From assembly GCA_964347415.1 (NCBI GenBank), contig CAYFYJ010000003.1, positions 1-59,074 on the forward strand: a stretch of DNA of 59,074 nt, given 5' to 3'. Below the pieces are notes generated by a model that ran no database searches, was not told the origin of the DNA, and saw nothing but the letters and a program-made list of their open reading frames with translations. Source of the stretch: an uncultured archaeon. GTDB taxonomy: Archaea; Aenigmatarchaeota; Aenigmatarchaeia; CG10238-14. Made by a program: the position numbers and the translations under genes. Shown here piece by piece: positions 18,301 to 28,144 of this stretch. Positions within the stretch are counted from its first letter, which is position 1. The number at the start of each line of letters is the position of its first letter.

Positions 18301-19488
18301 ATAGACTTGCCTAAGTCGAATAGTCCAGAATGCTTGATTGGCCATAAATGTAATAAATTCGGGTATTATTTTTTCAAATTTTTTTTGATCGAGAAAAATG
18401 CAGAAAATATCTGGATCTCTTTTGTAAATTTCAGATGCTTTTTGACAGAAAATATTATAAGCAGGTGGTGATCTGAATTTTTCTTTATAGATATCAGAAT
18501 ATAATATAACAAAAAGTTCAGCAAAGCCTTCTTCGATTGCATGCATTACTAGATCTACGTCTTTAAGGGTCAAATTACGAAGTTTTGTTTTAAATTTTTC
18601 TAAGGTTTTATTTATCCAATTCTGAAAATTTATATGAAACTTCAGGTTCTTGTATCTGTACCTCACAAGTTCGTTTTTAACTTTATTCAAGATTGGTTCC
18701 AATTTCTCTGCAAAACTAATAGATACTATTTCAAAAGATGTGATTTCATCACCTAATTTATTACAAACATTTATTGCATTATTTTGTAATGATTCTCCCA
18801 TTTTAATGAGATCGGGTCTATTGTGTTCTTGTCCAAGTCGAGCAAGCACAATACTTAGTATGTAAGAGTAAGAGACAAGCATTTTTTTAATCCATTTTTG
18901 GGTTTCTTTATACTCCTGAAATATGAATGATGAACGTTTACGTGCAGCCTCACAAATTTTTTCACCATCATGTAAATTAAAGAAAAAATGAAATAATTCA
19001 TGGGCTAACAGGCAATTCCTATATTTTTTAGGTGCAGTGAAGAAAGTTAGTGGGAAAAAAAGGTTTTTATCTTGAATTTCGATAAAACCTTTAGTTCCCT
19101 TCGCCATGAAAAAAAGGTCGGGGGTATATGAAAATTCTTTACGAGTCAATTTTTTTATAAGATCGTTGCATCTAGGAAAAACTATATTAAATCTTTCGTT
19201 TATTTCATGTAGAAATTCTTCAGTTTGAGAACCAATAGTTAAAAAAAGATCGATTATTAACTTTTCAGTTTCTGGGTGCCATTCATGGGAAGCAAGAGGT
19301 TCTATTATTTTTCTTTCGATCAGCTTGGTCTCAAAATAACTTGATTGTAATTGATTGAAAAGATCATTGATTGTTGAGATAAAATTTAAATCTTCTGGAT
19401 GGATTGGAATAGATTTTTCTTGAATAAGTTTTAGTAATTCATGAATGGAATTTAATTCTTTCAAGTATTCTCTCGGCTCAGGAGCCAT
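18283..19488 (-). CDS. Hypothetical soluble protein with HExxH motif (possible metallopeptidase-like)
   Basis: 401 aa and helical. The only recognisable element is LLAHELFHFFFNLHDGE. Confidence 0.35.
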   Translation of the reverse strand: MAPEPREYLKELNSIHELLKLIQEKSIPIHPEDLNFISTINDLFNQLQSSYFETKLIERKIIEPLASHEWHPETEKLIIDLFLTIGSQTEEFLHEINERFNIVFPRCNDLIKKLTRKEFSYTPDLFFMAKGTKGFIEIQDKNLFFPLTFFTAPKKYRNCLLAHELFHFFFNLHDGEKICEAARKRSSFIFQEYKETQKWIKKMLVSYSYILSIVLARLGQEHNRPDLIKMGESLQNNAINVCNKLGDEITSFEIVSISFAEKLEPILNKVKNELVRYRYKNLKFHINFQNWINKTLEKFKTKLRNLTLKDVDLVMHAIEEGFAELFVILYSDIYKEKFRSPPAYNIFCQKASEIYKRDPDIFCIFLDQKKFEKIIPEFITFMANQAFWTIRLRQVYSISTQ

Positions 19489-19531
19489 ATATTTCTATTA
19501 AATTTCTGTAATAAAATCGTTTCAGTTATAC

Positions 19532-20467
19532 CTATTCTAAAAACTCAGCTTCATCTATAATCCCGTCAGAATCTATGTCTATGCCTTGGACAACTTTTGC
19601 AATAATATCAGTTTTAACAGAATTTCCTTTCATGATTTTTTTTAAATGTTTTATGAATGCTAGTACAGCTGCTCTAGTCCCTTTAAAACCTTTTCCAGAA
19701 AAAATCAATATTTCTTTTCCACTAGAGAATGGATTTTGTATACGTGCTAAAAAACCTATTTGAAATTCTCTATAAACAGTCTTTGAAAGACTAGAAACTA
19801 TGTTCCATTCCAAGTATTCATCAGAATAATCGAAATAGATTGGCAATTGCTTGTTAATTTTATCTGCTATGATGTTTGTCTTCGGTCCACCGATTATAAT
19901 CATATTGCTGTTTAAATCCTCTTCCCTGACTTGCGTATCTAATTTATAGTAAGGTGCTTCAGAATCTTTTATAAATTGACCGAGGAACATACCAAGATCA
20001 ATAGCACAGTATCCGTCAGAAGCAGGGGCCTTGTACTTACCATGAGGATCAGGACTGCCAACAATTATTATCGAGTTTAGTTTACCATCTTGTATGAATG
20101 GTTTAAGAAATTTCAATTCTGCTGCTCTTGTTCTGATATCGTTTATATGTTCTCCATCAAAGAGTTTGAAAGATACTACGGATGATGTTGGAGAGTATAT
20201 TTTTGCTATAGCTCCAACCCTTTCTTCTCTGTTGATAACTTTTATCAGACCCAATTTTTCTAGATTCCTTATGTGATAATAAACTTTTTGCTCATGAACC
20301 CTCAAGTTTCTGGCCACATCCATTGGACATGAGGGACGCTTACCTAATTCTTTAATGATTTTCAATGCTAGTTCATTCCCGAGGATAGAGAATAGTCTAG
20401 GATCTTTCACAAGATGGGATTCGAAGGCCTTTTGACCTTTTTTTGTATCTTCGACCAAAAACTCCAT
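19532..20467 (-). CDS. ArsR-type winged-HTH regulator fused to an uncharacterised alpha/beta domain, with a terminal EF-hand-like loop
   Basis: N-terminal LALKIIKELGKRPSCPMDVARNLRVHEQKVYYHIRNLEKLGLIKV is wHTH-like. C-terminal DIDSDGIIDEAE fits DxDxDGxIxxxE. Confidence 0.55.
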   Translation of the reverse strand: MEFLVEDTKKGQKAFESHLVKDPRLFSILGNELALKIIKELGKRPSCPMDVARNLRVHEQKVYYHIRNLEKLGLIKVINREERVGAIAKIYSPTSSVVSFKLFDGEHINDIRTRAAELKFLKPFIQDGKLNSIIIVGSPDPHGKYKAPASDGYCAIDLGMFLGQFIKDSEAPYYKLDTQVREEDLNSNMIIIGGPKTNIIADKINKQLPIYFDYSDEYLEWNIVSSLSKTVYREFQIGFLARIQNPFSSGKEILIFSGKGFKGTRAAVLAFIKHLKKIMKGNSVKTDIIAKVVQGIDIDSDGIIDEAEFLE

Positions 20468-20525
20468 AGGTATTTTAATTAGAATGATAATATTATAAGC
20501 TTTATTGTAGTAGTTTGATACTAAA

Positions 20526-22856
20526 TTAAGTAGCTATATAAGTTGCGTAAATGCTCATTTTATAATCTTCTTGAGGAATAGTCCAAGTTAATGGGTCAGG
20601 CACACCGTTATATATTTGATATCTTAACCCCCATTGGTTCGAACTTCCACTATCATAGTATATGTAGGTCGTAGGAACCTCTTCTTCTCCCCAAATGAGT
20701 AACCAATAATCACCACTATTTAATTCTTGTGAAAATGAAAAGTTATACCAGCCACTTAATGGTAAAGTTAAACTTTTTCTACTTCGGGCAATAAAATTAA
20801 GTGAAGAATCATAAATCATGGCACTATATTCTCTTGAGCCACTACCTCCTGATGTTAAATAGACACTAATTCCTGTTACTATTCCATTTTCACTAAATGA
20901 GAATTTAGAACCAGCAATGTTATGCTGATAAATATAAGTTGAACTCTTACCAACATCAGTATTTCCAAAAGTATTACCGCCTGGAACAGTTGTTGAAGAT
21001 GTAGTTTCTGGAGAGGTTGTGGTTGTTACGGTTACTGTAGTGGTTGTCGCGGGTGTAGTCGTTGTTGTAGTCGGTAAAGCGGGGTTAGCAATTAAGTATA
21101 GTATGTTTTCAGAAGAATCGTAATACCATTCGTTCGATGATAAGGGTAAAATCCCTTCTGTCATCTTTACTCCATTGGTTTTTATTGATATTGGCTTCTC
21201 ATCAGAATAAAATCCTAGATATTGATCTTCTGTTATATCAACAGTAAATGAAACACTGTTATCAATTTTATCAATGTAGTTAACCACATTTTGTAGATTT
21301 GAAAAAACATTAAATGACATGAGTTTGATGAAGAAGTTTGGAATGTAGAAGATATCGTATTGTAAGTCATACACATCAGGCCAGACTGCTAAGCTATAAT
21401 TGCCTTCCGAATCGGCAGTATCAGAAGTATTGACTTGACTAGTTCCTTGATTATACACGACGACATTGGCTTGAATAGAGTTAGTTGCATTCAATAACTG
21501 ACCTGAGATTAATACTTGACCTGAAGGAATCGTTGTAGTTGTGGATGATGTTGTAATTGTTGTTACATTATTTATTGCATTTATTAAAGCTTGGCCTCCT
21601 CTATTTAGAGGTGGGATCCAGGGGTTTGTCGAGTTACAATCTTCAAATGGAGTAAAAATCATACCTGCATGTTTCCACTGAAAAGCTGTGTAACCATACC
21701 CAAGGTTTTGCAAAAATTTCATGGTATTATAGAACCACATAGCCTCCCGATCTTCGCCGTAAAGTGAAAGTTCTAAATCAGCACCTTGAGAATGGTATCC
21801 AAACTCTCCATTTATCAATGGAAGGTTTCTATCAATTACATTCTGTATATAATAACCCCTCTCGCTAGCAGGACCGTATATGCCAGTTAGTAAATATCTG
21901 GCTTCAACGTCAGCATATTCATAAGCTGCATCCCGCCAATGCCAAGTATATGGTATCTGATCGGGTGGTTGAGCACCATTATGAATTCTGTAAGCATGGA
22001 TATTATAGACAATATTGGTTCCGTTGAGCACAAGTCCCCTGTCCATTGCCATGTTGCTTAAATAACCAGAATAACCAAATGAATAAACCACAAGATGGTC
22101 ATCGCCTTTTTCCCGTAATCTATCAATAATATTTTGACAAACATCAAAGTATGCGTGCTCTAAATCCCAACCTGAAACCCATCCATTAACCTCATTCCAA
22201 AGTTCATAGATAACATTTGTGTAATTTCCATACTCTGCATGCATGGAATCAACATCTCCAACCCAAAAATCAATGAAGTCTTCTGGAGTCGGGTGTATTC
22301 CGACTTGAGCACCATAAGTGAAGGGTCCGTAAATTCCAGAAGGTCCATATTTTCCCTTGGAATCGTTATAATAGTCAAAAGGAATAGCTGTCTGTTCTCC
22401 AGATTCGGTATATGCTAGAGTCCACGGGCATAGTATCACATAAATTCCTCTCTTTTCTGCTTCTTGGATAACATAGTGGATTTCATCCCTTACTGTTGGA
22501 GCATCAACACCACCTGCTTCAACGTTATTTCTATACCAACGCTCTAGAGTTGGCATGTGTATCCTAAGTGCATTAACACCATATTCAGTCATTTTGTCTA
22601 AATTATATTGAATTGCATCAGGATCCCAAGTGGTATATCCCCAGGGCTCGTCGTTGGTTGCTCCTTCAGGGACCCATCCACCCGCTGGAACGTTTATATG
22701 TGTTCCATAATGTACTCCATGTAAGATAACAGTATTACCAAATTCGTCCTTTATGTATCTTCCTTCTGTATGTAATGGACTTAATGCATTTATTGGTCCA
22801 ATTAAAAAAATTCCAATAAAAATAAAAACTAGGAAAGAAACTTTCATTTTTTTCAT
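20526..22856 (-). CDS. Secreted glycoside hydrolase family 5 (cellulase/mannanase-like) with Thr-rich linkers and C-terminal beta-domains
   Basis: Signal peptide MKKMKVSFLVFIFIGIFLIGPINA. GH5 acid/base motif VIYELWNEVNG and nucleophile region PLINGEFGY. Also contains a CarboxypepD_reg-like segment (ANVVVYNQGT...DSEGNYSLAVWPDVYDLQY), poly-Thr linkers and a C-terminal domain of unknown type. Confidence 0.75.
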   Translation of the reverse strand: MKKMKVSFLVFIFIGIFLIGPINALSPLHTEGRYIKDEFGNTVILHGVHYGTHINVPAGGWVPEGATNDEPWGYTTWDPDAIQYNLDKMTEYGVNALRIHMPTLERWYRNNVEAGGVDAPTVRDEIHYVIQEAEKRGIYVILCPWTLAYTESGEQTAIPFDYYNDSKGKYGPSGIYGPFTYGAQVGIHPTPEDFIDFWVGDVDSMHAEYGNYTNVIYELWNEVNGWVSGWDLEHAYFDVCQNIIDRLREKGDDHLVVYSFGYSGYLSNMAMDRGLVLNGTNIVYNIHAYRIHNGAQPPDQIPYTWHWRDAAYEYADVEARYLLTGIYGPASERGYYIQNVIDRNLPLINGEFGYHSQGADLELSLYGEDREAMWFYNTMKFLQNLGYGYTAFQWKHAGMIFTPFEDCNSTNPWIPPLNRGGQALINAINNVTTITTSSTTTTIPSGQVLISGQLLNATNSIQANVVVYNQGTSQVNTSDTADSEGNYSLAVWPDVYDLQYDIFYIPNFFIKLMSFNVFSNLQNVVNYIDKIDNSVSFTVDITEDQYLGFYSDEKPISIKTNGVKMTEGILPLSSNEWYYDSSENILYLIANPALPTTTTTTPATTTTVTVTTTTSPETTSSTTVPGGNTFGNTDVGKSSTYIYQHNIAGSKFSFSENGIVTGISVYLTSGGSGSREYSAMIYDSSLNFIARSRKSLTLPLSGWYNFSFSQELNSGDYWLLIWGEEEVPTTYIYYDSGSSNQWGLRYQIYNGVPDPLTWTIPQEDYKMSIYATYIAT

Positions 22857-22897
22857 TTCAATCTTATAATTAATATAGAATGGATATTTAGTAATAG

Positions 22898-24607
22898 TTA
22901 CATTTTTTCAGGAGTATCTATTCCTAGTAAGTTTAAACTATTCTTCAAAGTTATCTTGGTTGCTTTAACTAGAGTTAACCTAAAATCTCTTAATTTTTTT
23001 ATATCGGCTTTCAAGACTGGGCAAGCATGATAAAACTCATTGAATATATTGGCTAATTCATATGCGTAGTTACAGAGATAATGGGGTTTGAGGTCTTTTA
23101 AAACCTGCTCGATCATATCAGGAAATTCAATGAGCTTCTTGATGAGTTTCTTCTCTTCATTTGAGAGATTCTCATTCTCGAAATTTTCTTTCCATTTTTT
23201 AGCCTTTTTTAATATCCCATCACATCTGGTATGAGCATACTGTAAGTAAGGGCCTGTATTGCCTTCCAATTGTAATGCCTCTTCCATGTCAAAAACCAAG
23301 AGTTTATCAAAACTTATTCTCAGCATGCCATATTTCAATGCTCCGAACCCAATCTTTTTCGCCAAGTCTTGTTTTTTCTTTTTACTCATTCTTGGGTTCC
23401 TTTTTTCTATTTCTTTCATAGTTTTTTTCAGGATTTCATCTCGCAATTGACTGTAAAGAATTATGGCTCCAAGTCTTGAAGACATCTTGCCTTTTTTTAA
23501 CACAACTAATTCGTAGACCAAGTGATGACTCTTCCCAGCCCCGGGAGAACCGATCAACTCAAAAACCTTGAACAATTGTTTGAAGTAGAATTTTTGCTCT
23601 GAAGCAACTACATGAATACATCTATCTATCTTGAAATCCCCGAATTGTTGTTCGGCTAAAGCCAAGTCTTTTGATTCGTATAGGGGATTCCCTTCTTTCG
23701 TTAACAAGACGTAAATTCCTAAATCATACTTTGAAAGATCGATTATTATCGCGCCTTCGCTCGATCTTGCTGTTCCTTTTTTCAAGAGTTGTTTGGAAAT
23801 TTCTATTGCTCTCTTTTCTACCGCAGCCTCAAAATAAAGTTTATCGAATTTGGTTCTTAATTCTTTATAGATTTTATCAAAATAATCTAAGCTCCACTTT
23901 CTTGTCATCTTCCATAACTTCAAATATTCTTTATCTCTCTTATATAGTTTCTTGTTTATTTCCATAACTTCTTGCTTGACTTTCTCATCTTCATTGAACT
24001 TCCTAGCAGCTTCAGCGTATACCCCACCAAGCCAATCGCCTCTATTCTGCTTCGGTGACTTGGATTTATGTAATTTTGTAAAACCCCATAAACATTTAGC
24101 TACATGAGGTCCAATGTCACCCTGATAATTAGTTCTAACTACTTTATGTCCAGTAAATTCTAGGATTCTTGATACAGATTCTCCAATACAGATGTTTCTC
24201 AAATGACCGATGTGAAACCCTTTATGGGTGTTTGGATGGGCAAACTCAACCATGATTTTTTTCTTCTTACCTACAGTAGAAGACCCATAAGAATCTTTTT
24301 CTTTTAGAATCTTTTTTAGGGAGAATTTAGCAATTTTTGAATAATCAAAGAAGAAGTTGATATAACCAGCTTTAGCTTCTACTTTAGTTACAGATGAATG
24401 TTTTGGGATTTTAATTTTTTTAACGATTTCTTCAGCAATTTCTGCAGGAGATTTTTTTAACTTCTTAGAAAGAGAAAAACAAATATTTGAAGCCAAATCT
24501 CCGAATTTGGGGTTTGGTGGTCTTTCAAATGTTTCATTGATTTTCTCATGTTTAAGAAAATTCACTTTTTTCAAAATTTGACCGATTTCCTGTTTAGTAG
24601 TTTTCAT
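22898..24607 (-). CDS. argS: Arginine--tRNA ligase
   Basis: Class I HIGH motif HPNTHKGFHIGHLRN, an ArgRS N-terminal additional domain and a C-terminal anticodon-binding DALR-like region. Confidence 0.9.
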   Translation of the reverse strand: MKTTKQEIGQILKKVNFLKHEKINETFERPPNPKFGDLASNICFSLSKKLKKSPAEIAEEIVKKIKIPKHSSVTKVEAKAGYINFFFDYSKIAKFSLKKILKEKDSYGSSTVGKKKKIMVEFAHPNTHKGFHIGHLRNICIGESVSRILEFTGHKVVRTNYQGDIGPHVAKCLWGFTKLHKSKSPKQNRGDWLGGVYAEAARKFNEDEKVKQEVMEINKKLYKRDKEYLKLWKMTRKWSLDYFDKIYKELRTKFDKLYFEAAVEKRAIEISKQLLKKGTARSSEGAIIIDLSKYDLGIYVLLTKEGNPLYESKDLALAEQQFGDFKIDRCIHVVASEQKFYFKQLFKVFELIGSPGAGKSHHLVYELVVLKKGKMSSRLGAIILYSQLRDEILKKTMKEIEKRNPRMSKKKKQDLAKKIGFGALKYGMLRISFDKLLVFDMEEALQLEGNTGPYLQYAHTRCDGILKKAKKWKENFENENLSNEEKKLIKKLIEFPDMIEQVLKDLKPHYLCNYAYELANIFNEFYHACPVLKADIKKLRDFRLTLVKATKITLKNSLNLLGIDTPEKM

Positions 24608-24653
24608 ATTGACCTAAAAAAATAATTCATTTGTAAAGTAATAACTTTTTCAA

Positions 24654-25559
24654 TCACAGAGAAAAAACAAATGGTTTATATGATTTTTTTGTACGCCAGG
24701 CCTTTAAATTAGTCATTAAGAAGATAATATACGACATTAAACCCCATATCCTGCTATCCGGTTTTGAAACGCCGAGATTAAGCATTTTTTTCTCGATAAA
24801 TCTCATAAACCTTAGATCTGCTAATTTCATGTACATTTTATCAGTTTCCCAACCATCTTTTAGGTTTTCCATTATACCTTCGTATGAACTGGAAATTCTC
24901 AAGAAAGACCATTCCTTTATTTCTCTCCAGGTTACATAGTTGCAGTTCTCAAACCTAATCTTTCCTCTTCTTATCGATTTAAAGATGGAATCTATGCTTG
25001 GTTCCGCATCAACAACTGTAATTCCTCTATCAATCATTTTTGCATAATGCGCATCTGAGCAGGCAACCATCGGTAACTTCAATTTTTTAGCAACGACTTT
25101 TGCAAACTTGTCTTCAAAACTAAAAATATTACCTGGATTGAAAACTTCAACAATGCCTTTTATTTCTTTAATTTTTCTCCCTATACCATTTCCCATGAAA
25201 CTAAACGGGTGCGGTATCAAAACTTCTCCATTGTGATCCAAAATGACGTCTTTGGCTTCATGAACACTCATTTTTCTATCCAATTCTTTTTCTATACCAG
25301 GTTCGACGTTTAATCCTATGATTTCGCCATCTCTAGTAGTAATCTCTATTCCGTTGATAAGTATGATTCCATTCTTTTCAGCATAATCCTTCATTCTTGG
25401 ATAAGCAAGCGTGTTATCATGATCAGTTATCGCCGCGACATGGATATTTTTTTTCTTTAGAATATCTATGGCGGCCTTAGGATGTATATTAGAGTGTACC
25501 CTTACTCTAGTCCCTTTTGATTCAGTAGTATGCATATGTAATTGTGCCCTTAATTCCAT
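24654..25559 (-). CDS. PHP-domain metal-dependent phosphoesterase
   Basis: LHMHTTESKG, AAITDHDN, IPHPF and CSDAHY are the His/Asp motifs of the PHP fold. Confidence 0.7.
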   Translation of the reverse strand: MELRAQLHMHTTESKGTRVRVHSNIHPKAAIDILKKKNIHVAAITDHDNTLAYPRMKDYAEKNGIILINGIEITTRDGEIIGLNVEPGIEKELDRKMSVHEAKDVILDHNGEVLIPHPFSFMGNGIGRKIKEIKGIVEVFNPGNIFSFEDKFAKVVAKKLKLPMVACSDAHYAKMIDRGITVVDAEPSIDSIFKSIRRGKIRFENCNYVTWREIKEWSFLRISSSYEGIMENLKDGWETDKMYMKLADLRFMRFIEKKMLNLGVSKPDSRIWGLMSYIIFLMTNLKAWRTKKSYKPFVFSL

Positions 25560-25562
25560 GAT

Positions 25563-25814
25563 TTATCCCTCTTGATTATCCTCATTCTTATTAAACAGTT
25601 GTGCAGCGATACTATGGCTGCAAGGTTGGAACTTTAGACTCCAATAATTACAATCACAAATCCACTCATTCTTTTTTTTATCGAATATAACAGAATGGCT
25701 CTCTAATTTACTTTTAACAGTAAAGTGTATCCTCTTATCTGTCTCCAATTCTTTTTTGACTTTATTTTCCTTGAACAACCAATATCCTTTACGCTCAGTT
25801 TTTTTGGAAGCCAT
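25563..25814 (-). CDS. Stand-alone SWIM zinc-finger protein
   Basis: CDCNYWSLKFQPCSHSIAA matches CxCx(n)CxH. 83 aa, 3 nt upstream of the PHP gene. Confidence 0.6.
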   Translation of the reverse strand: MASKKTERKGYWLFKENKVKKELETDKRIHFTVKSKLESHSVIFDKKKNEWICDCNYWSLKFQPCSHSIAAQLFNKNEDNQEG

Positions 25815-25853
25815 TGAATCATATATATTAGAGAAAGGATTTAATTTTAGTTT

Positions 25854-26492
25854 ATGAAGCTTACAGTAACTTTAGTCCTTATAAATGTGGTAGTTTTTTT
25901 CTTGACATTAATTTTTGGACTTGATTATAGTGTAAATGAATTCGGTTTTAAACCAAGCTCTTTTTTGGAAGGTAAGGTTCACACTATAGTGACCTCTATG
26001 TTCATCCATGCCAGTCCTGGGCATATTTTTTTTAACATGATCGCATTGTTTTTGCTTGGTACTTCTCTAGAAAAAAAAGTAAGTAAGGAGAGGTACCTGA
26101 TGGTTTATTTTTTTGGAGGAATCATCGGGAATTTAGTTATGTTGATCCCATTTTTATATTCTCCAAATACTATTGGTGTTGGTGCTTCAGGTGCAATTTC
26201 TGCTCTAGTTGGTCTGGGGGTATTTGTTTGTCCAAGTAAGTTAGTTATATTTCCTTCTGTTATACCATTGCCCTTCGTTGTTGCCGGGGTTTTGTATTTT
26301 CTATCTACGATCATGAACTTATTCATGCCTGAAGATGTAACGATAGGTTATCCTGTTCATATGATGGGAATAATAGTGGGTTCTATTTTTGGTTTAGCCT
26401 GGTCTGAAAACCGGAAGAGAAGTATATTAATATTTATCATTACTCTAATTCTGATATTGTTACTCCCATACATTTTAGCTTTGATATTTTAG
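25854..26492 (+). CDS. Rhomboid-family intramembrane serine protease
   Basis: FIHASPGHIFFNM, catalytic GASGAISALVG (GxSG) and a downstream His in TM6 (PVHMMGIIVG). Confidence 0.8.
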   Translation: MKLTVTLVLINVVVFFLTLIFGLDYSVNEFGFKPSSFLEGKVHTIVTSMFIHASPGHIFFNMIALFLLGTSLEKKVSKERYLMVYFFGGIIGNLVMLIPFLYSPNTIGVGASGAISALVGLGVFVCPSKLVIFPSVIPLPFVVAGVLYFLSTIMNLFMPEDVTIGYPVHMMGIIVGSIFGLAWSENRKRSILIFIITLILILLLPYILALIF

Positions 26493-26499
26493 TGGTTTT

Positions 26500-27369
26500 A
26501 TGGATATTATAAAAGAATTGAAGAGGAGGAAAGTTAAGAGAATTTTTATTCAGTATCCAGAAGGTTTGAAACTTAGGATACAGGATATAGCCAAGAAGAT
26601 AGAAGATAGTGGCTTTGAGAGTGTAATATGCTGCGAACCTTGTTATGGTTCTTGTGATATACGAGATTTTGAAGCTGAAAGATTGGGGTGTAATGCAATT
26701 TTACATATAGGTCATTCTGATTTAAAAATAAAGTCTAAACTTCCAGTAATATATTGGGAATACTTCTATACTGTCGATCCAATACCGGTTTTGAAGAAAG
26801 AGATAAGGAAGTTGGATAAATTTAAAAGGATTGGACTCATAACCAGCGTTCAGTTTGTTAAGTCCATAGAGAAAGTAACAAATTATCTGAAAGCGGCGGG
26901 TAAAGAAGTTCATACCTACAAATCATTAAGATACCGTGGTCAAATACTAGGTTGTAATGTTGATGCGGCAAAGAAGATAGAAGATTATATAGATTGTTTT
27001 CTTTATGTGGGTGCGGGTAAATTCCATCCCATTGGAGTTGCTATTAACACTGAAAAGCCAGTTTTTAGTCTAGACCTTGAGAAAAATAAACTTTATTCCT
27101 TGGAAATGGAGAGGAAAAAATGGTTGAAGAAAAAGGTTTGGCGTGAATCTAAACTAGAAGATGCAAGAAAGGTTGGGATAATTGTTTGTTGGAAATGGGG
27201 ACAAAAAAATATGAGTGAGGCAAGAAGATTAAAGAAGAAATTGAAGGACAAAGGTAAGGAAGTAAGCATCCTTGCGTTCGATAATTTCAAGAAAGAAAAA
27301 ATTGAAGGATTAAAATTCGATGTTCTATTGAATCTTGCTTGTCCGCGGCTGGACGATGAACTCATTTAG
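26500..27369 (+). CDS. dph2: 2-(3-amino-3-carboxypropyl)histidine synthase Dph2 (diphthamide biosynthesis)
   Basis: IQYPEGLK start, conserved Cys-containing segments (VICCEPCYGSCD, GCNV) and YVGAGKFHPIG are typical of archaeal Dph2. Confidence 0.75.
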   Translation: MDIIKELKRRKVKRIFIQYPEGLKLRIQDIAKKIEDSGFESVICCEPCYGSCDIRDFEAERLGCNAILHIGHSDLKIKSKLPVIYWEYFYTVDPIPVLKKEIRKLDKFKRIGLITSVQFVKSIEKVTNYLKAAGKEVHTYKSLRYRGQILGCNVDAAKKIEDYIDCFLYVGAGKFHPIGVAINTEKPVFSLDLEKNKLYSLEMERKKWLKKKVWRESKLEDARKVGIIVCWKWGQKNMSEARRLKKKLKDKGKEVSILAFDNFKKEKIEGLKFDVLLNLACPRLDDELI

Positions 27370-27571
27370 TCTTGAAAAATGATAAAAAGAACTCCATGAA
27401 TCTAACGAAGATTCCCATTGGTGAAAAACTAGGTGCTCGAGCCCTTTCTAGTTCCGTCTTTAAATCACCGACATCTTTCTCAACGCCAACCGAAGTGAAG
27501 TAGACGAATAGGAATATCGATACTAAAAAAATTAACATTATCAAGATGAGTATTATGAAAAAATTGTCCAT
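27362..27571 (-). CDS. Small hypothetical membrane protein
   Basis: I prefer the internal Met (MDNFFIILILIML...) because it avoids overlap with the upstream gene. One TM helix, no family recognised. Confidence 0.25.
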   Translation of the reverse strand: MDNFFIILILIMLIFLVSIFLFVYFTSVGVEKDVGDLKTELERARAPSFSPMGIFVRFMEFFLSFFKTK

Positions 27572-27611
27572 ACCAAATAAGATATGGGTTTTATGATATT
27601 TATTTTGATTA

Positions 27612-28097
27612 TTAAAAGTACTCAGAAATATTGTGCTCGAGTTCTTCATGGATTAGCCACAGGAATAACAATGCTGCATCTATGGCCGAAAATGCATTTA
27701 ACCCAAGTGACATGATTGGAGAAAGTATATTCAACCCGATTTCAGTGGAATTGAACGGGAATAAAGGCACGACTGACCCCAACAAAATTGCATCCATCAA
27801 TATGTGTAAAGAAAAGCCGGTGAACAACATTAGAAAGATTTTGTAGAGTTTTTTCTTCTGTAGAGTATAGGAGAATAAAGCACCAAAAAGGAAAATTAAG
27901 GGAAACCAGATAGAATGGGTAATCGTACGATGTAAATATGGTGTAAACAACATATCTATATCAGGTAACAAACCAGCTATACCAGCCAGTAAAATATATC
28001 TGTTGGGTAGGGACTTTTTCATCATCTTAAAAACATGATCTCTTACTGTATCGACTAATATTATCGGGATTAATATATGTGTAACTGCGTAAGGCAT
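27612..28097 (-). CDS. Membrane-bound metal-dependent hydrolase (DUF457/YdjM-like)
   Basis: MPYAVTHILIP start, LLPDIDM and HRTITHSIW motifs, 4-5 TM helices. Confidence 0.55.
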   Translation of the reverse strand: MPYAVTHILIPIILVDTVRDHVFKMMKKSLPNRYILLAGIAGLLPDIDMLFTPYLHRTITHSIWFPLIFLFGALFSYTLQKKKLYKIFLMLFTGFSLHILMDAILLGSVVPLFPFNSTEIGLNILSPIMSLGLNAFSAIDAALLFLWLIHEELEHNISEYF

Positions 28098-28144
28098 AAT
28101 TAATATTATACTTTCGCTGTATTTAATTTGTAAACGATGATTTT

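Noticed and set aside
20986-21075. Repetitive ACN/GTN-rich DNA that looked like a simple-sequence repeat or mobile-element end
   Set aside because: It encodes the poly-Thr interdomain linker (PTTTTTTPATTTTVTVTTTT) of the GH5 enzyme, so it is a low-complexity coding region.
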